A stretch of DNA of 64,000 nt from an uncultured bacterium (GTDB taxonomy: Bacteria > Bacillota_I > Bacilli_A > RFN20 > CAG-826). This document shows, piece after piece, positions 49,982 to 59,051 of the stretch. The position numbers and the translations under genes were made by a program. The first letter of the stretch is position 1, and every line of letters begins with the position of its first letter. Location of the stretch: positions 156,105 to 220,104 of the forward strand of contig CASFCL010000001.1 of assembly GCA_949293255.1 (NCBI GenBank). The letters run 5' to 3'. The notes under the pieces were generated by a model. The model saw only the letters and a list, made by a program, of their open reading frames with translations. It had not been told where the DNA came from and searched no databases.

Positions 49982-51793
49982 TTATTCTTGATCTTTATTT
50001 TCTTTAGCGGCTTTTTTAGCTTCTTGTTTTGCTTTCTTTTCTTCGAGTTTACGTTTTCTTTCAGCTTCTTTTAATGCTTTTGCTTCTTGATATTTTCTTT
50101 CTTCTTCTTCGAAATCAAGACCTTTCTTTTCACATTTTACTTTAAGTTCTTTAACTCTATTTTCTTCAGCAAGTCTTTCTTGTTCGATTTCTTCAAGTCT
50201 CATTCTTTCTTCTGGTTCAATCCATTCTTTACCACTAGCAAGACATTCAGCTTTTTGTCTTTCAAGAATGATTCTACGATCTTCTGGGTTGAATTTTTCA
50301 ACATTCATGAAGAGCATGATAATAAAGATTGCTGCATAGCAAATTGTTTCTCCACCAATGAATAAGACTTCCATTGAGGTTCTAAGCTCAGGAGTAATAA
50401 GTGTTAAAGGATTTGCTGCATCATAACCACAAGCACCTAAAACACCATTGATGATACCATTAGCAAGTCCGCTCATACCAACCATGATAGCACCATAAAT
50501 TGTCATGGTAAGACCATCACTTCTAAATCCGTTTTTAGCTTCGTTATGATCTAAAACATCACTTAATAATGCTAATGAGATATACATAGCAGGTGTTGAA
50601 CCTAATGCTTTAATAGCAAATGAAGTAGCAACTAAATAGAAATTATCAGGAGCAATAAATCCTAAAAGTCCGCCTATAGTCGATAAAATTGCACCAAATA
50701 AGATTGATCTTCCTTTTCCAATTTTATTAGCAAGTGGCCAAACAATTACCATACCTAAGGCAGTTGGAATTGCACCAATAATTGCTAAAGTTCCTGACCA
50801 AGCACCACCAGCGACAACTGAGTATGCTCCGTTTTCTCCTGGGAACCAAGAGATACAATAATATAATTGTGAACAATTCTTAAGCATTCCTCCGAATTGA
50901 TATAAGAAGAAGAATACAATAATTATCCACCAGAATTTATCTTTTAAAACTGCTTTTGCTTGATCTTTAGTTTTAACAGGTTTAATTTCAACCTTTTCGT
51001 CTCTATCAACAAAAGCAAATGATTCTTCGGTAATTCTTTCTCTTGTGAAGTAGTATTCAACTAAAATACCTAAAACTGTAATAAGAATTAAAGCGATTGT
51101 AACTACTTTCCAAGCAGTCATACTTGCTGCTGCATCAACACCGCCAGCACCATTATCAACAAATAATAAGCCTAAGAAGAATGGCATAATCATTGTTGTT
51201 AATCCCATTGCTGCTAATGCGGTAGCATTGGAGATTGTTGCAAGTAAACTTCTATCTTTACTGTTTCTTGTTGATAAAGTAACAAGTGCAGAGTGAGAAG
51301 TATAATAGAATGGATAAGCAACTGAGAAATATAAATTATAACCAACTGCTACCCAAATAAGTGTCCAAATATCTCCACCAGTTGGATCAGTAGCTCTACT
51401 TAATGGTTGAGGAGCAAAGAAAATTACAATTAAAGCAATTGCAATTAATGGTAAAGAGACTAAAAGTAATGGTCTAGCTTTACCAGCTCTTGTTTTAGCT
51501 TTATCCATCAATTTTCCAACGACGATATTGCCTAAAACGACTAAAGCGACTGAAAGGACAGGTAATAAAATTGAGAAAACTGTTCCCCAAGTTGTTGATG
51601 TTAAGCCTAAAACATCAGTCCAAAACCTATTTAAGTAAGCACTTAAAATGGAGTTAGAAAGAATTGCAAGAACAGGTCCAATAAAATAACCTAATCCACC
51701 TTCTGGAAAAATAGATACTTTCGAAGATTTTACTTTTGTAGAAAGCATAGGATTTTCGAAAATACTTTTCTTCCCTTTTTGTTCTGTTTCCAT
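49982..51793 (-). CDS. GPH-family (MelB/LacS-like) glycoside:cation symporter with a roughly 110-aa KE-rich coiled-coil C-terminal tail
   Basis: 603 aa. The N-terminal ~490 aa form a 12-TM MFS/GPH fold. The C-terminus ...EEIEQERLAEENRVKELKVKCEKKGLDFEEEERKYQEAKALKEAERKRKLEEKKAKQEAKKAAKENKDQE is highly charged. The SD is AAAGGAAGG. Confidence 0.75.
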   Translation of the reverse strand: METEQKGKKSIFENPMLSTKVKSSKVSIFPEGGLGYFIGPVLAILSNSILSAYLNRFWTDVLGLTSTTWGTVFSILLPVLSVALVVLGNIVVGKLMDKAKTRAGKARPLLLVSLPLIAIALIVIFFAPQPLSRATDPTGGDIWTLIWVAVGYNLYFSVAYPFYYTSHSALVTLSTRNSKDRSLLATISNATALAAMGLTTMIMPFFLGLLFVDNGAGGVDAAASMTAWKVVTIALILITVLGILVEYYFTRERITEESFAFVDRDEKVEIKPVKTKDQAKAVLKDKFWWIIIVFFFLYQFGGMLKNCSQLYYCISWFPGENGAYSVVAGGAWSGTLAIIGAIPTALGMVIVWPLANKIGKGRSILFGAILSTIGGLLGFIAPDNFYLVATSFAIKALGSTPAMYISLALLSDVLDHNEAKNGFRSDGLTMTIYGAIMVGMSGLANGIINGVLGACGYDAANPLTLITPELRTSMEVLFIGGETICYAAIFIIMLFMNVEKFNPEDRRIILERQKAECLASGKEWIEPEERMRLEEIEQERLAEENRVKELKVKCEKKGLDFEEEERKYQEAKALKEAERKRKLEEKKAKQEAKKAAKENKDQE

Positions 51794-51832
51794 AAAAAAT
51801 ACCCTTCCTTTTTATAATAAATATTATCTTCT

Positions 51833-51846
51833 TGTAAGCGCTTACA
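51833..51846. promoter_or_regulatory. cre box TGTAAGCGCTTACA (optimal consensus) in the 5' UTR of the GPH transporter gene
   Basis: A perfect 14-bp palindromic cre, 40-53 nt upstream of the start codon and downstream of a candidate TTTACA-17-TTTAAT promoter. Confidence 0.65.
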
Positions 51847-51858
51847 ATCAATAGAAAC

Positions 51859-51881
51859 TAATTCTAATTAGATTAGAATTA
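51859..51881. promoter_or_regulatory. perfect inverted repeat TAATTCTAAT-tag-ATTAGAATTA (operator candidate) at the transporter promoter/TSS
   Basis: Two 10-bp perfect arms with a 3-bp spacer, immediately downstream of the candidate -10. Confidence 0.4.
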
Positions 51882-51974
51882 TATTAAATTTTTTCATTTT
51901 TACAGTGTAAATATTTTTGAAAAAACTCGTATTTCTAAATTAAAAACCTTGCAAAAAGCCAATATTTTTTAAAA

Positions 51975-54530
51975 CTATTTTAATTTCTCACTAAATTCGT
52001 ATTTACCGTTTGAGAGCTCTTTTATATCTCCACTAGGTAAAACGAGTCTACATTTACTCATTAAAGGAACTTCTACTTTTATTGAAAATTCACCATCTTT
52101 AATTTCATATTTAATATAGATTTTTCCAAATGCAGAATGAGTATATGCTTCAACCATATTTAATTTATCAGTTAAAACAGGTTTTACTTCAAATGATTCA
52201 TAACCAGGAGTTAATGAAGAGATACCAGCAACTCTAGAATATAAGAAGTTACCGATTGCTCCACTAGCGTAATGATTATAAGAGATCATCCCACCAGTTC
52301 CATCTTCTTTGATGTTACATTCTCCATTTTCATCTAAGCCGTTCCATCTTTCCCAAATGGTAGTTCCACCAACCTTAACTTCATAAAGCCAAGAAGGACA
52401 TTCAGTATTAAATAACATATTGAATGCTTCTTCTTTTTTACCATTATCAAGTAAAGCAAATAAAATATAAGGTGTTCCTGGGAATCCAGTCATAACTTTA
52501 TAATCGACACTCTTAATTAAATTGACTAAGTTATCTAATGTTTTTTCTTTTTTAGAATTTAACATATCAAAATAAATTGGTAAAACGTATCCAGTTTGGA
52601 ATTCTTCTTTTACTAATTTTGCATTGTCATCTAAAAGAATTGATTCATAAGCATCACTTACTTTATTTGCCAAATCTTTATAATATTCTTCATCTTCTTT
52701 AATCTTTAAAATTTTAGCAATTTCACTAAGTCTAGAAGCGCTAGCTTTTAATGATGCAGTTGCTGTAAATGGATGTCGACCTTGCCAAACTGACATTTTA
52801 TCGATATCCGGAGCAACCCAATCTCCAAAATGGATCATCGAAATTGACTTCCAAATGTATTTTTTCTTACCAAATGATAAGAAATTTGCCCACCATAAGC
52901 ATGCTTTTACATAATTTTTCATCGAATGATAATAAAATGATAAGAAATCAGTGTTTCCAGTGACTCTATAAAGTTCATAAGGAACATTTATAATTGCATC
53001 ACCCCAAAATTCACAAGCAACTGTTGGCATTGTAGTTGGGAATCCATATCCTTGAGAAGGAATTGTATTAGGAATTCCACCACTTTTTAATTGTTCACTT
53101 TTCATATCAATGAGCCATTTATCTAAAAATTTTGTGATATCATAGTTAAAAACAGCTGTTGGGGCAAAAACATTGATATCTCCTGTCCAACCCATTCTTT
53201 CATCTCTTTGAGGACAATCAGTTGGAATTTCAACAAAGTTACTTCTTAAAGACCAGGTGATATTTTGTTGTAATCTATTAATTAGTGGATCTGAACAAGT
53301 AAAATCTCCAATCTTTTTAATATCTGAATATAGAGCGAATGCTTCAATTTCAACTTTATCTAATGAGATGCCTTCAATTGAGATATATCTAAATCCCATA
53401 TAGGTAAATGTTGGTTTATAAACTTGATCACCTTTATGAGGATAGTAAATAAATCTTGCTTTAGCAGTTCTTAAAAAAGCTGTATTTAAATCTTTATCTT
53501 TAGTTAAAATTTCTGCGTGCTTAACAATAATTTCTTCGTTCCCATCGCAGTTTTTTAAATTTATTTTAACAATACCAGCAAAGTTTTGTTTAAAATCAAA
53601 GATATGTTTTCCATTTATTTCATGTAAATATTCTGGTTTTAAAACTTCATGTTCTTTAACTAAACTTCCATAAGTTGCTCTTATTGTTGGATTTATATTT
53701 ACATTTTCAATGATTGCATTATGGAATCCATAATCTTTTTCATCAAAACGAGCATCAAAAACTTCTCCATCATATAAATCAGCTTCTTTAAATTCGGTAT
53801 TATGAGAAACTTTCCAAGATGTATCTGTAGGAATTATATCTTCGCTACCATCTTCATATTTAATTCGAAGTTCCAATTTTAATGCTTGTCGAGTGGAGGT
53901 AATTCTATTAACTCTTGTCATAACAAAAGAGCCAACTGCCCATCCTCCAGCTACATAAACTCTAATTTCGTTTTCTTCTTTTAAAGAAGATAAAACATCA
54001 TAAACTTGATATTGAAGTTGATGTTTATAGGAGGTAAATCCTGGTGCAAAATAGTCTTCTCCAACATAGTTACCATTAACTTTAATTTTATAAATACCAA
54101 TTGCTGTAGAATAAATTTTTGCACTAACTACTTTCTTATCAAATTTGACATTTTTTAAAAATAATAAGGTTTTAGGGGAGATTTTTTTCTCTTTAAAGAG
54201 ATATTCTCCATCACTAATCCATTTTCCACTAAATGGAATTTTCATTAATCCGGTTTCAAATTCAACTTCTTTTGTGTCGAAATTATCTTGATCATCTTTA
54301 GCAAAAACTTTTACTTTATAACTAGTTAAAGGTTTTAAATCATCAAATTCATACTTATAAAAAGACTTATTTAAAACATCAATTTTATGATTATTGAGTT
54401 CTAAATAAGCTTCTTTAATTTCAGTATTATTTCGATCACTAGAGTATGAAAAAGTAAATATTGGATAACTATTATCTGTAACTACATAACTAGAAGAATA
54501 TTCAACTTCTAACTTTTCTACTCTAATCAT
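51975..54530 (-). CDS. alpha-L-rhamnosidase (GH78), cytoplasmic
   Basis: 851 aa with the GH78 catalytic-domain signature PTDCPQRDERMGWTGD and no signal peptide. Confidence 0.8.
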   Translation of the reverse strand: MIRVEKLEVEYSSSYVVTDNSYPIFTFSYSSDRNNTEIKEAYLELNNHKIDVLNKSFYKYEFDDLKPLTSYKVKVFAKDDQDNFDTKEVEFETGLMKIPFSGKWISDGEYLFKEKKISPKTLLFLKNVKFDKKVVSAKIYSTAIGIYKIKVNGNYVGEDYFAPGFTSYKHQLQYQVYDVLSSLKEENEIRVYVAGGWAVGSFVMTRVNRITSTRQALKLELRIKYEDGSEDIIPTDTSWKVSHNTEFKEADLYDGEVFDARFDEKDYGFHNAIIENVNINPTIRATYGSLVKEHEVLKPEYLHEINGKHIFDFKQNFAGIVKINLKNCDGNEEIIVKHAEILTKDKDLNTAFLRTAKARFIYYPHKGDQVYKPTFTYMGFRYISIEGISLDKVEIEAFALYSDIKKIGDFTCSDPLINRLQQNITWSLRSNFVEIPTDCPQRDERMGWTGDINVFAPTAVFNYDITKFLDKWLIDMKSEQLKSGGIPNTIPSQGYGFPTTMPTVACEFWGDAIINVPYELYRVTGNTDFLSFYYHSMKNYVKACLWWANFLSFGKKKYIWKSISMIHFGDWVAPDIDKMSVWQGRHPFTATASLKASASRLSEIAKILKIKEDEEYYKDLANKVSDAYESILLDDNAKLVKEEFQTGYVLPIYFDMLNSKKEKTLDNLVNLIKSVDYKVMTGFPGTPYILFALLDNGKKEEAFNMLFNTECPSWLYEVKVGGTTIWERWNGLDENGECNIKEDGTGGMISYNHYASGAIGNFLYSRVAGISSLTPGYESFEVKPVLTDKLNMVEAYTHSAFGKIYIKYEIKDGEFSIKVEVPLMSKCRLVLPSGDIKELSNGKYEFSEKLK

Positions 54531-54534
54531 AATA

Positions 54535-55356
54535 TTAATCCAAAACTTCCTTATTTAATTTAACATTAAATGGTTTTTCAAGCATCTTGAAGTTTTCCGA
54601 AGTGATAGTTTGTAATTTTGAATTAGCCATCGATCTTACTTTAACTAAAATTTCAGCACTCTTTTCGATTGTATCAATTAAACCCCAAGTTGAATCAAAA
54701 TCTTCACCTGTACAGAAGATTCCATGATGTGCCCAAATAACTGCATCATATTTTTTCATTAATTTTGAGGTTTCGATAGCAATTTCTTCTCCTCCAGGTA
54801 CCATCCAAGGAACAATTCCTACTCCCATTGGGAAGACAATTGGACATTCGGTAGCCATTTCCCAAAGTTCACGGGTGAAAACTTTAGTATCAAGAGGTAA
54901 AACAAAGGTTAAAGCGATAATATTTGTTGCATGACAATGATAAACAATACGATATTTGCCTTCTGTTCTTAATTTTACGACTTCTAAATTCATTAAATGT
55001 GAAGGAAGTTCACTTGTTGGTCTGCCACCATTAACAAGTCCCCAACAAATTTGATAATTATCACCAGTTTCATCAACACGAATAATGCAAATTGTATCTT
55101 CAGGATCATCTTTGACATTCATCATGTATTTTCCACTACCAGTAACTAAGAAATATTCGTTTTTAAGTGAAGGGACATGAGCACCGATTGGTTTAAATTC
55201 AGTATTTAAATTTAATTCTTCTTTAACGGATTCAATTTCTTCTTCTTTCATCCTATAAGAAAGGTTTCCACCGTTTCTTTCATGCCAACCTTTTTTATAA
55301 CCGTTATCGCAAACTCTAATAAATTGCTTAACAAATTTAGCTTCTAAAACTTTCAT
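54535..55356 (-). CDS. rhaD: rhamnulose-1-phosphate aldolase
   Basis: 273 aa. ...KKGWHERNGGNLSYRMK... parallels E. coli RhaD (KGWDERNGGNLTLRLD). It has the class II aldolase fold and zinc-site His residues. Confidence 0.85.
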   Translation of the reverse strand: MKVLEAKFVKQFIRVCDNGYKKGWHERNGGNLSYRMKEEEIESVKEELNLNTEFKPIGAHVPSLKNEYFLVTGSGKYMMNVKDDPEDTICIIRVDETGDNYQICWGLVNGGRPTSELPSHLMNLEVVKLRTEGKYRIVYHCHATNIIALTFVLPLDTKVFTRELWEMATECPIVFPMGVGIVPWMVPGGEEIAIETSKLMKKYDAVIWAHHGIFCTGEDFDSTWGLIDTIEKSAEILVKVRSMANSKLQTITSENFKMLEKPFNVKLNKEVLD

Positions 55357-55361
55357 ATTAT

Positions 55362-56615
55362 CTATCTCCTTTTACTTAAAACATCTTTTTCATAACGATG
55401 AATTTCTTCTAAGGCATCCATTCCTACTGGAACTCCGTTTTTATAGCAATAATAATCAAAAACCTTGCCAAAATTCATTGTTTTTAATCTTTCAGTTATG
55501 AACATACGATCGGTATAATTACCATCGTTTTCAATTCTTTTAAGTTCTTCAGTTGGTTCTAAAAGTGCTCTTAAGAATGCTTTTAAAGTTGATCTAACAC
55601 CAACTACATAAGCGTTTATTCTATTAATTGATGCATCAAAATAGTCTAAACCAACTGATGTCTTTTCAATAATATTGTTTCTAATTAAACTTCTAGCAAT
55701 TTCATTTAATTCATCATCAAATAAAACTACATGATCTGAATCCCATCTAACTGGACGAGAAACGTGAAGTAAAATATGAGGAACATATAATGAAACACTA
55801 CTAATTTTATCGCTAATATATTCGGTTGGATGATAATGACCTGCATCTAAAGTTAAAGCGATATTATTTTTGGTAGCATAACCTACATAAAATTCATTAC
55901 TACCTGTTGTATAAGCTTCGACTCCAATTCCAAAAACCTTCGATTCAACTGCATCAATATTATATTTTGGATCAATCTTTTCTTTTAAAATTTCATCTAA
56001 TGATTCTTTTAATCTTACTCTAGGAGCAAGTCTATCATATGGAATATCTTTATATCCATCTGGTACCCAAATATTAGTAACACATGGTTCACCTAATTCT
56101 TTTCCAAAATATTCACCAATTTTTCTAGCTCTTTTGCAATGTTCAATCCAGAAATTTCTAATTTCATCATCATTACTTGATAGTGTAAATCCTGAAACGG
56201 CTTTAGGATGAGAGAAGCAAGTTGGGTTAAAATCTAATCCAACATGATTCTTTTTAGCCCAATCAACCCAACTTGCAAAATGCCTTGGTTCGATTTGGTC
56301 TAAATCAATCTTTTCATCGGTATCAGCATAGATTGCATGAAGATTAATTTTATAATTTCCTGGAAGTAAGCTTAATGCTTCTTCTAAATCTTCTCTAACT
56401 TCTTTTACGTTTCTTGCTTTTCCTGGATAATTTCCGGTAGTTTGAATACCTCCACTAAGTGAATTACCACTTAAAAATCCGATTACATCATCAGTTTGCC
56501 AACAATGTAAAGAAATTTTGATTTTTGATAATCTTTCTAATGCTTTATCGGTATCAACACCAAGTTTTGCATATTCTTCTTTTACTTGAAGGTATTCTTT
56601 TTCGATATTATTCAT
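55362..56615 (-). CDS. rhaA: L-rhamnose isomerase
   Basis: 417 aa. ...ISLHCWQTDD... matches the RhaA N-terminal signature (MHCWQGDD in E. coli), and the length matches. Confidence 0.85.
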   Translation of the reverse strand: MNNIEKEYLQVKEEYAKLGVDTDKALERLSKIKISLHCWQTDDVIGFLSGNSLSGGIQTTGNYPGKARNVKEVREDLEEALSLLPGNYKINLHAIYADTDEKIDLDQIEPRHFASWVDWAKKNHVGLDFNPTCFSHPKAVSGFTLSSNDDEIRNFWIEHCKRARKIGEYFGKELGEPCVTNIWVPDGYKDIPYDRLAPRVRLKESLDEILKEKIDPKYNIDAVESKVFGIGVEAYTTGSNEFYVGYATKNNIALTLDAGHYHPTEYISDKISSVSLYVPHILLHVSRPVRWDSDHVVLFDDELNEIARSLIRNNIIEKTSVGLDYFDASINRINAYVVGVRSTLKAFLRALLEPTEELKRIENDGNYTDRMFITERLKTMNFGKVFDYYCYKNGVPVGMDALEEIHRYEKDVLSKRR

Positions 56616-58075
56616 TAATTATCCCTCCTTATTATATTTAGATAATTTTTATATTTTTCTTCGTATTTATCGACATTTTTAGGTTTATAGATAGGTGAAT
56701 CTCCACTTAGTTTATCTATTCTTTCTCTAGCATCTTTTAAATCTTTAAATACTCCTTGATAGATAAATTGAGCCATTGAATTTCCTAAAACTGTCGCTTC
56801 ACTATCTTTGATAATGACATCTATATTTAATGAATCAGCTATTAGTTGATTTAGAAGTGTTGCGTTTCCTCCTCCACCAATAATGTTGATCTTTTTAATA
56901 TCTTTTTTACTTAATTCTTTAAGTTTTTTGATTTCTTCTTTGTATTTAAAGGCCATTGATTCATAAACACATCTAGCAATTTTTCCAATATCATTTTCTA
57001 AATGTTGATTAGTTTTTTCTAAATATTTGAAGAATTTATTCATCATATCGCCTGGGGTTTGGAATAACTCATCATTTATATCGATGTAGACGTTATTTTC
57101 TTCAACACTTGATGCTAAATCATTAATCTTTTTAAATGATATTAATGGATCTTTAAGCAAGAAATCTTTTCTTAACTCTTGAATGATGAATAATCCCATA
57201 ATATTTTTTAAAAATCTTACTGTATGTTCTAAACCAATTTCATTTGTGAAATTTAATTCATAAGTTTTCTTATTTATCAATGGTTCTTTAAGTTCAATTC
57301 CTAAAAGTGACCAGGTACCACTTGATAAATAACAGCTATCTTTATCTAAACTAATTGATGCGATTGCACTAGCTGTATCATGACTTCCTACACTTACAAC
57401 TTCAGCATCATATAAACCAAGTCGATCGATGATATCTTTTCTTAAATTTCCTACTTTCATACAAGGTTTGATGATTTGAGGTATTTTTTCTTTATCTAAA
57501 CCAATTAAATTTAAAATATTTTCATCAACTTCTTTTAAATATGGATTATACATTGCAGTTGTTGATAAATTTGTTAACTCAATATATTTATTTCCGGTTA
57601 AAAATAAATTAATTGCATCAGGAATCATTAAAAAGTATGAAAATTCTTTATTTTGATTTACATCATCATAAAGTTGAAAAACTGTATTAAATGGTAAATA
57701 TTGAATACCAGAAAGTTTATAAATTTCTTTATATTTTGTCTTTTTTAATAATTTTTCGGCTGATTTTATACATCTAGCATCTCTATATGAATATGGGAAA
57801 GCAATTAAATTATCGTTATGATCAAATAAACAATAATCGCAACCCCGTGTATCAATTCCAATTGTTTTGATATCTTTATGCTTAGAAAAAGTAATTTTTA
57901 AACCTTCTTCAATCTCATTTAAAATTTCTTTAAAATCCCATCTTAAAGAGTCATTAAAATTCTTAGCTCCGTTAAGGAATCTATAAGTTTCTTCTTTAAC
58001 AATTTTATTATTAAGATAGGTTACAACTATGAATCTTCCGCTGCTTGCACCTATATCAATTGAAAGCGCTTTCAT
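56615..58075 (-). CDS. rhaB: rhamnulokinase (FGGY family)
   Basis: 486 aa with the FGGY N-terminus MKALSIDIGASSGRF. It overlaps rhaA by 1 nt, and the length matches RhaB. Confidence 0.8.
   Translation of the reverse strand: MKALSIDIGASSGRFIVVTYLNNKIVKEETYRFLNGAKNFNDSLRWDFKEILNEIEEGLKITFSKHKDIKTIGIDTRGCDYCLFDHNDNLIAFPYSYRDARCIKSAEKLLKKTKYKEIYKLSGIQYLPFNTVFQLYDDVNQNKEFSYFLMIPDAINLFLTGNKYIELTNLSTTAMYNPYLKEVDENILNLIGLDKEKIPQIIKPCMKVGNLRKDIIDRLGLYDAEVVSVGSHDTASAIASISLDKDSCYLSSGTWSLLGIELKEPLINKKTYELNFTNEIGLEHTVRFLKNIMGLFIIQELRKDFLLKDPLISFKKINDLASSVEENNVYIDINDELFQTPGDMMNKFFKYLEKTNQHLENDIGKIARCVYESMAFKYKEEIKKLKELSKKDIKKINIIGGGGNATLLNQLIADSLNIDVIIKDSEATVLGNSMAQFIYQGVFKDLKDARERIDKLSGDSPIYKPKNVDKYEEKYKNYLNIIRRDN
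58061..58074. promoter_or_regulatory. cre box TGAAAGCGCTTTCA overlapping the rhaB start codon
   Basis: A perfect palindromic cre whose first bases encode MKAL of RhaB. A TATAAT lies 8 nt upstream of the ATG, suggesting a leaderless or near-leaderless transcript. Confidence 0.6.
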
Positions 58076-58182
58076 ACACTATTATTATAAATTTTATCTT
58101 AATTCTTTGCACGATTATGATTGAATATTGAAAATTATGTTTAAAAGGCATACAATTTGTTCATAAATGAGCAAGAATAAAT

Positions 58183-58947
58183 ATGTACGAGATTGAAAGA
58201 CAAGAAGATATTATTAAAATTTTAAAAGATAAGAAAGTTGCTAGTGTCACTTTCTTATCAAAAACATTATTTGTTAGTGAAGCAACTATTAGAAGAGACC
58301 TATCAAAGCTAGAACAAAAAGGTACTGTCACTAGAACTTTTGGAGGAGTTGTTTTAAATTCGCAAACCCCAAACCAAGAGACAACATTTGAATTAAGGGA
58401 ACAAACTAATTTGAATGAAAAACGTGCTTTATGTCAAAAAGCTAGTAGTTATATCAAAAATAACTACACTATTTTTATTGATTCATCGACAACTTTATTA
58501 AATATTGTTAATTACTTAAATAATTTTGAAAATTTAGTCATTATAACTAATGGTTTATTTGTCGCAAACGAAATTATTAATAAAACTAAACATCAAGTTA
58601 TTTTGCCCGGTGGACTTGTTCAAGCTAATACAAATAGTATGCTAGGAGCAATCACTTTAAGTGCATTAAATAAGTTCCATTGTAACTTAGCTATTATGTC
58701 TACTTCTTCATTCGATTTTAAATTTGGTCCAACTGAATCAACTATCGAACAAGCAGAAATTAAAAATACAATGCTTAAAAATTCTGACTTAAAAATTGTT
58801 TTATGTGATGCTCAAAAAATGCATAAACAATCTTTATATCGAACAAGTTCTTTAGATCAAATTGATATTTTAATTACAAATTATGCATTAAATGAAGAAG
58901 AAAAAAAGGTTTTAGAAAGCAATAAAATTACCTACATTCGCTCTTAA
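58183..58947 (+). CDS. DeoR-family transcriptional regulator (HTH + DeoR C-terminal sugar-phosphate sensor), probable rhamnose regulator
   Basis: 254 aa. The N-terminal HTH is ...VTFLSKTLFVSEATIRRDL.... It is divergent from the rhaBAD operon, and its promoter TTGAAA-17-TACAAT lies in the intergenic region. Confidence 0.75.
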   Translation: MYEIERQEDIIKILKDKKVASVTFLSKTLFVSEATIRRDLSKLEQKGTVTRTFGGVVLNSQTPNQETTFELREQTNLNEKRALCQKASSYIKNNYTIFIDSSTTLLNIVNYLNNFENLVIITNGLFVANEIINKTKHQVILPGGLVQANTNSMLGAITLSALNKFHCNLAIMSTSSFDFKFGPTESTIEQAEIKNTMLKNSDLKIVLCDAQKMHKQSLYRTSSLDQIDILITNYALNEEEKKVLESNKITYIRS

Positions 58948-58987
58948 AACCCTGCAAAACTCAAATTTTTATTTAAAAACAAGTGAA

Positions 58988-59020
58988 AAGGTCTCAAGCG
59001 AGACCTTTTCAACTTTTTTA
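58988..59020. terminator. intrinsic terminator (hairpin flanked by T-rich tracts on both strands) between the DeoR gene and the 4-TM gene
   Basis: AAAAGGTCTCAAGCGAGACCTTTTCAACTTTTTT, with T-rich tracts on both strands. Confidence 0.7.
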
Positions 59021-59051
59021 GGAATATTACAATGATCGATTGTAATTAATT

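Noticed and set aside
49883-50365. Two plus-strand ORFs (63 and 92 aa, F/S-rich).
   Set aside because: The first overlaps tRNA-Arg and the terminator. The second is the antisense of the KE-rich transporter tail (a low-complexity AAG/GAA repeat). It is not coding.
59026-59046. The inverted repeat ATTACAAT-gatcg-ATTGTAAT just after the 4-TM gene stop.
   Set aside because: It is an AT-only 8-bp stem adjacent to a clear terminator. It is probably part of the terminator context rather than a separate element.
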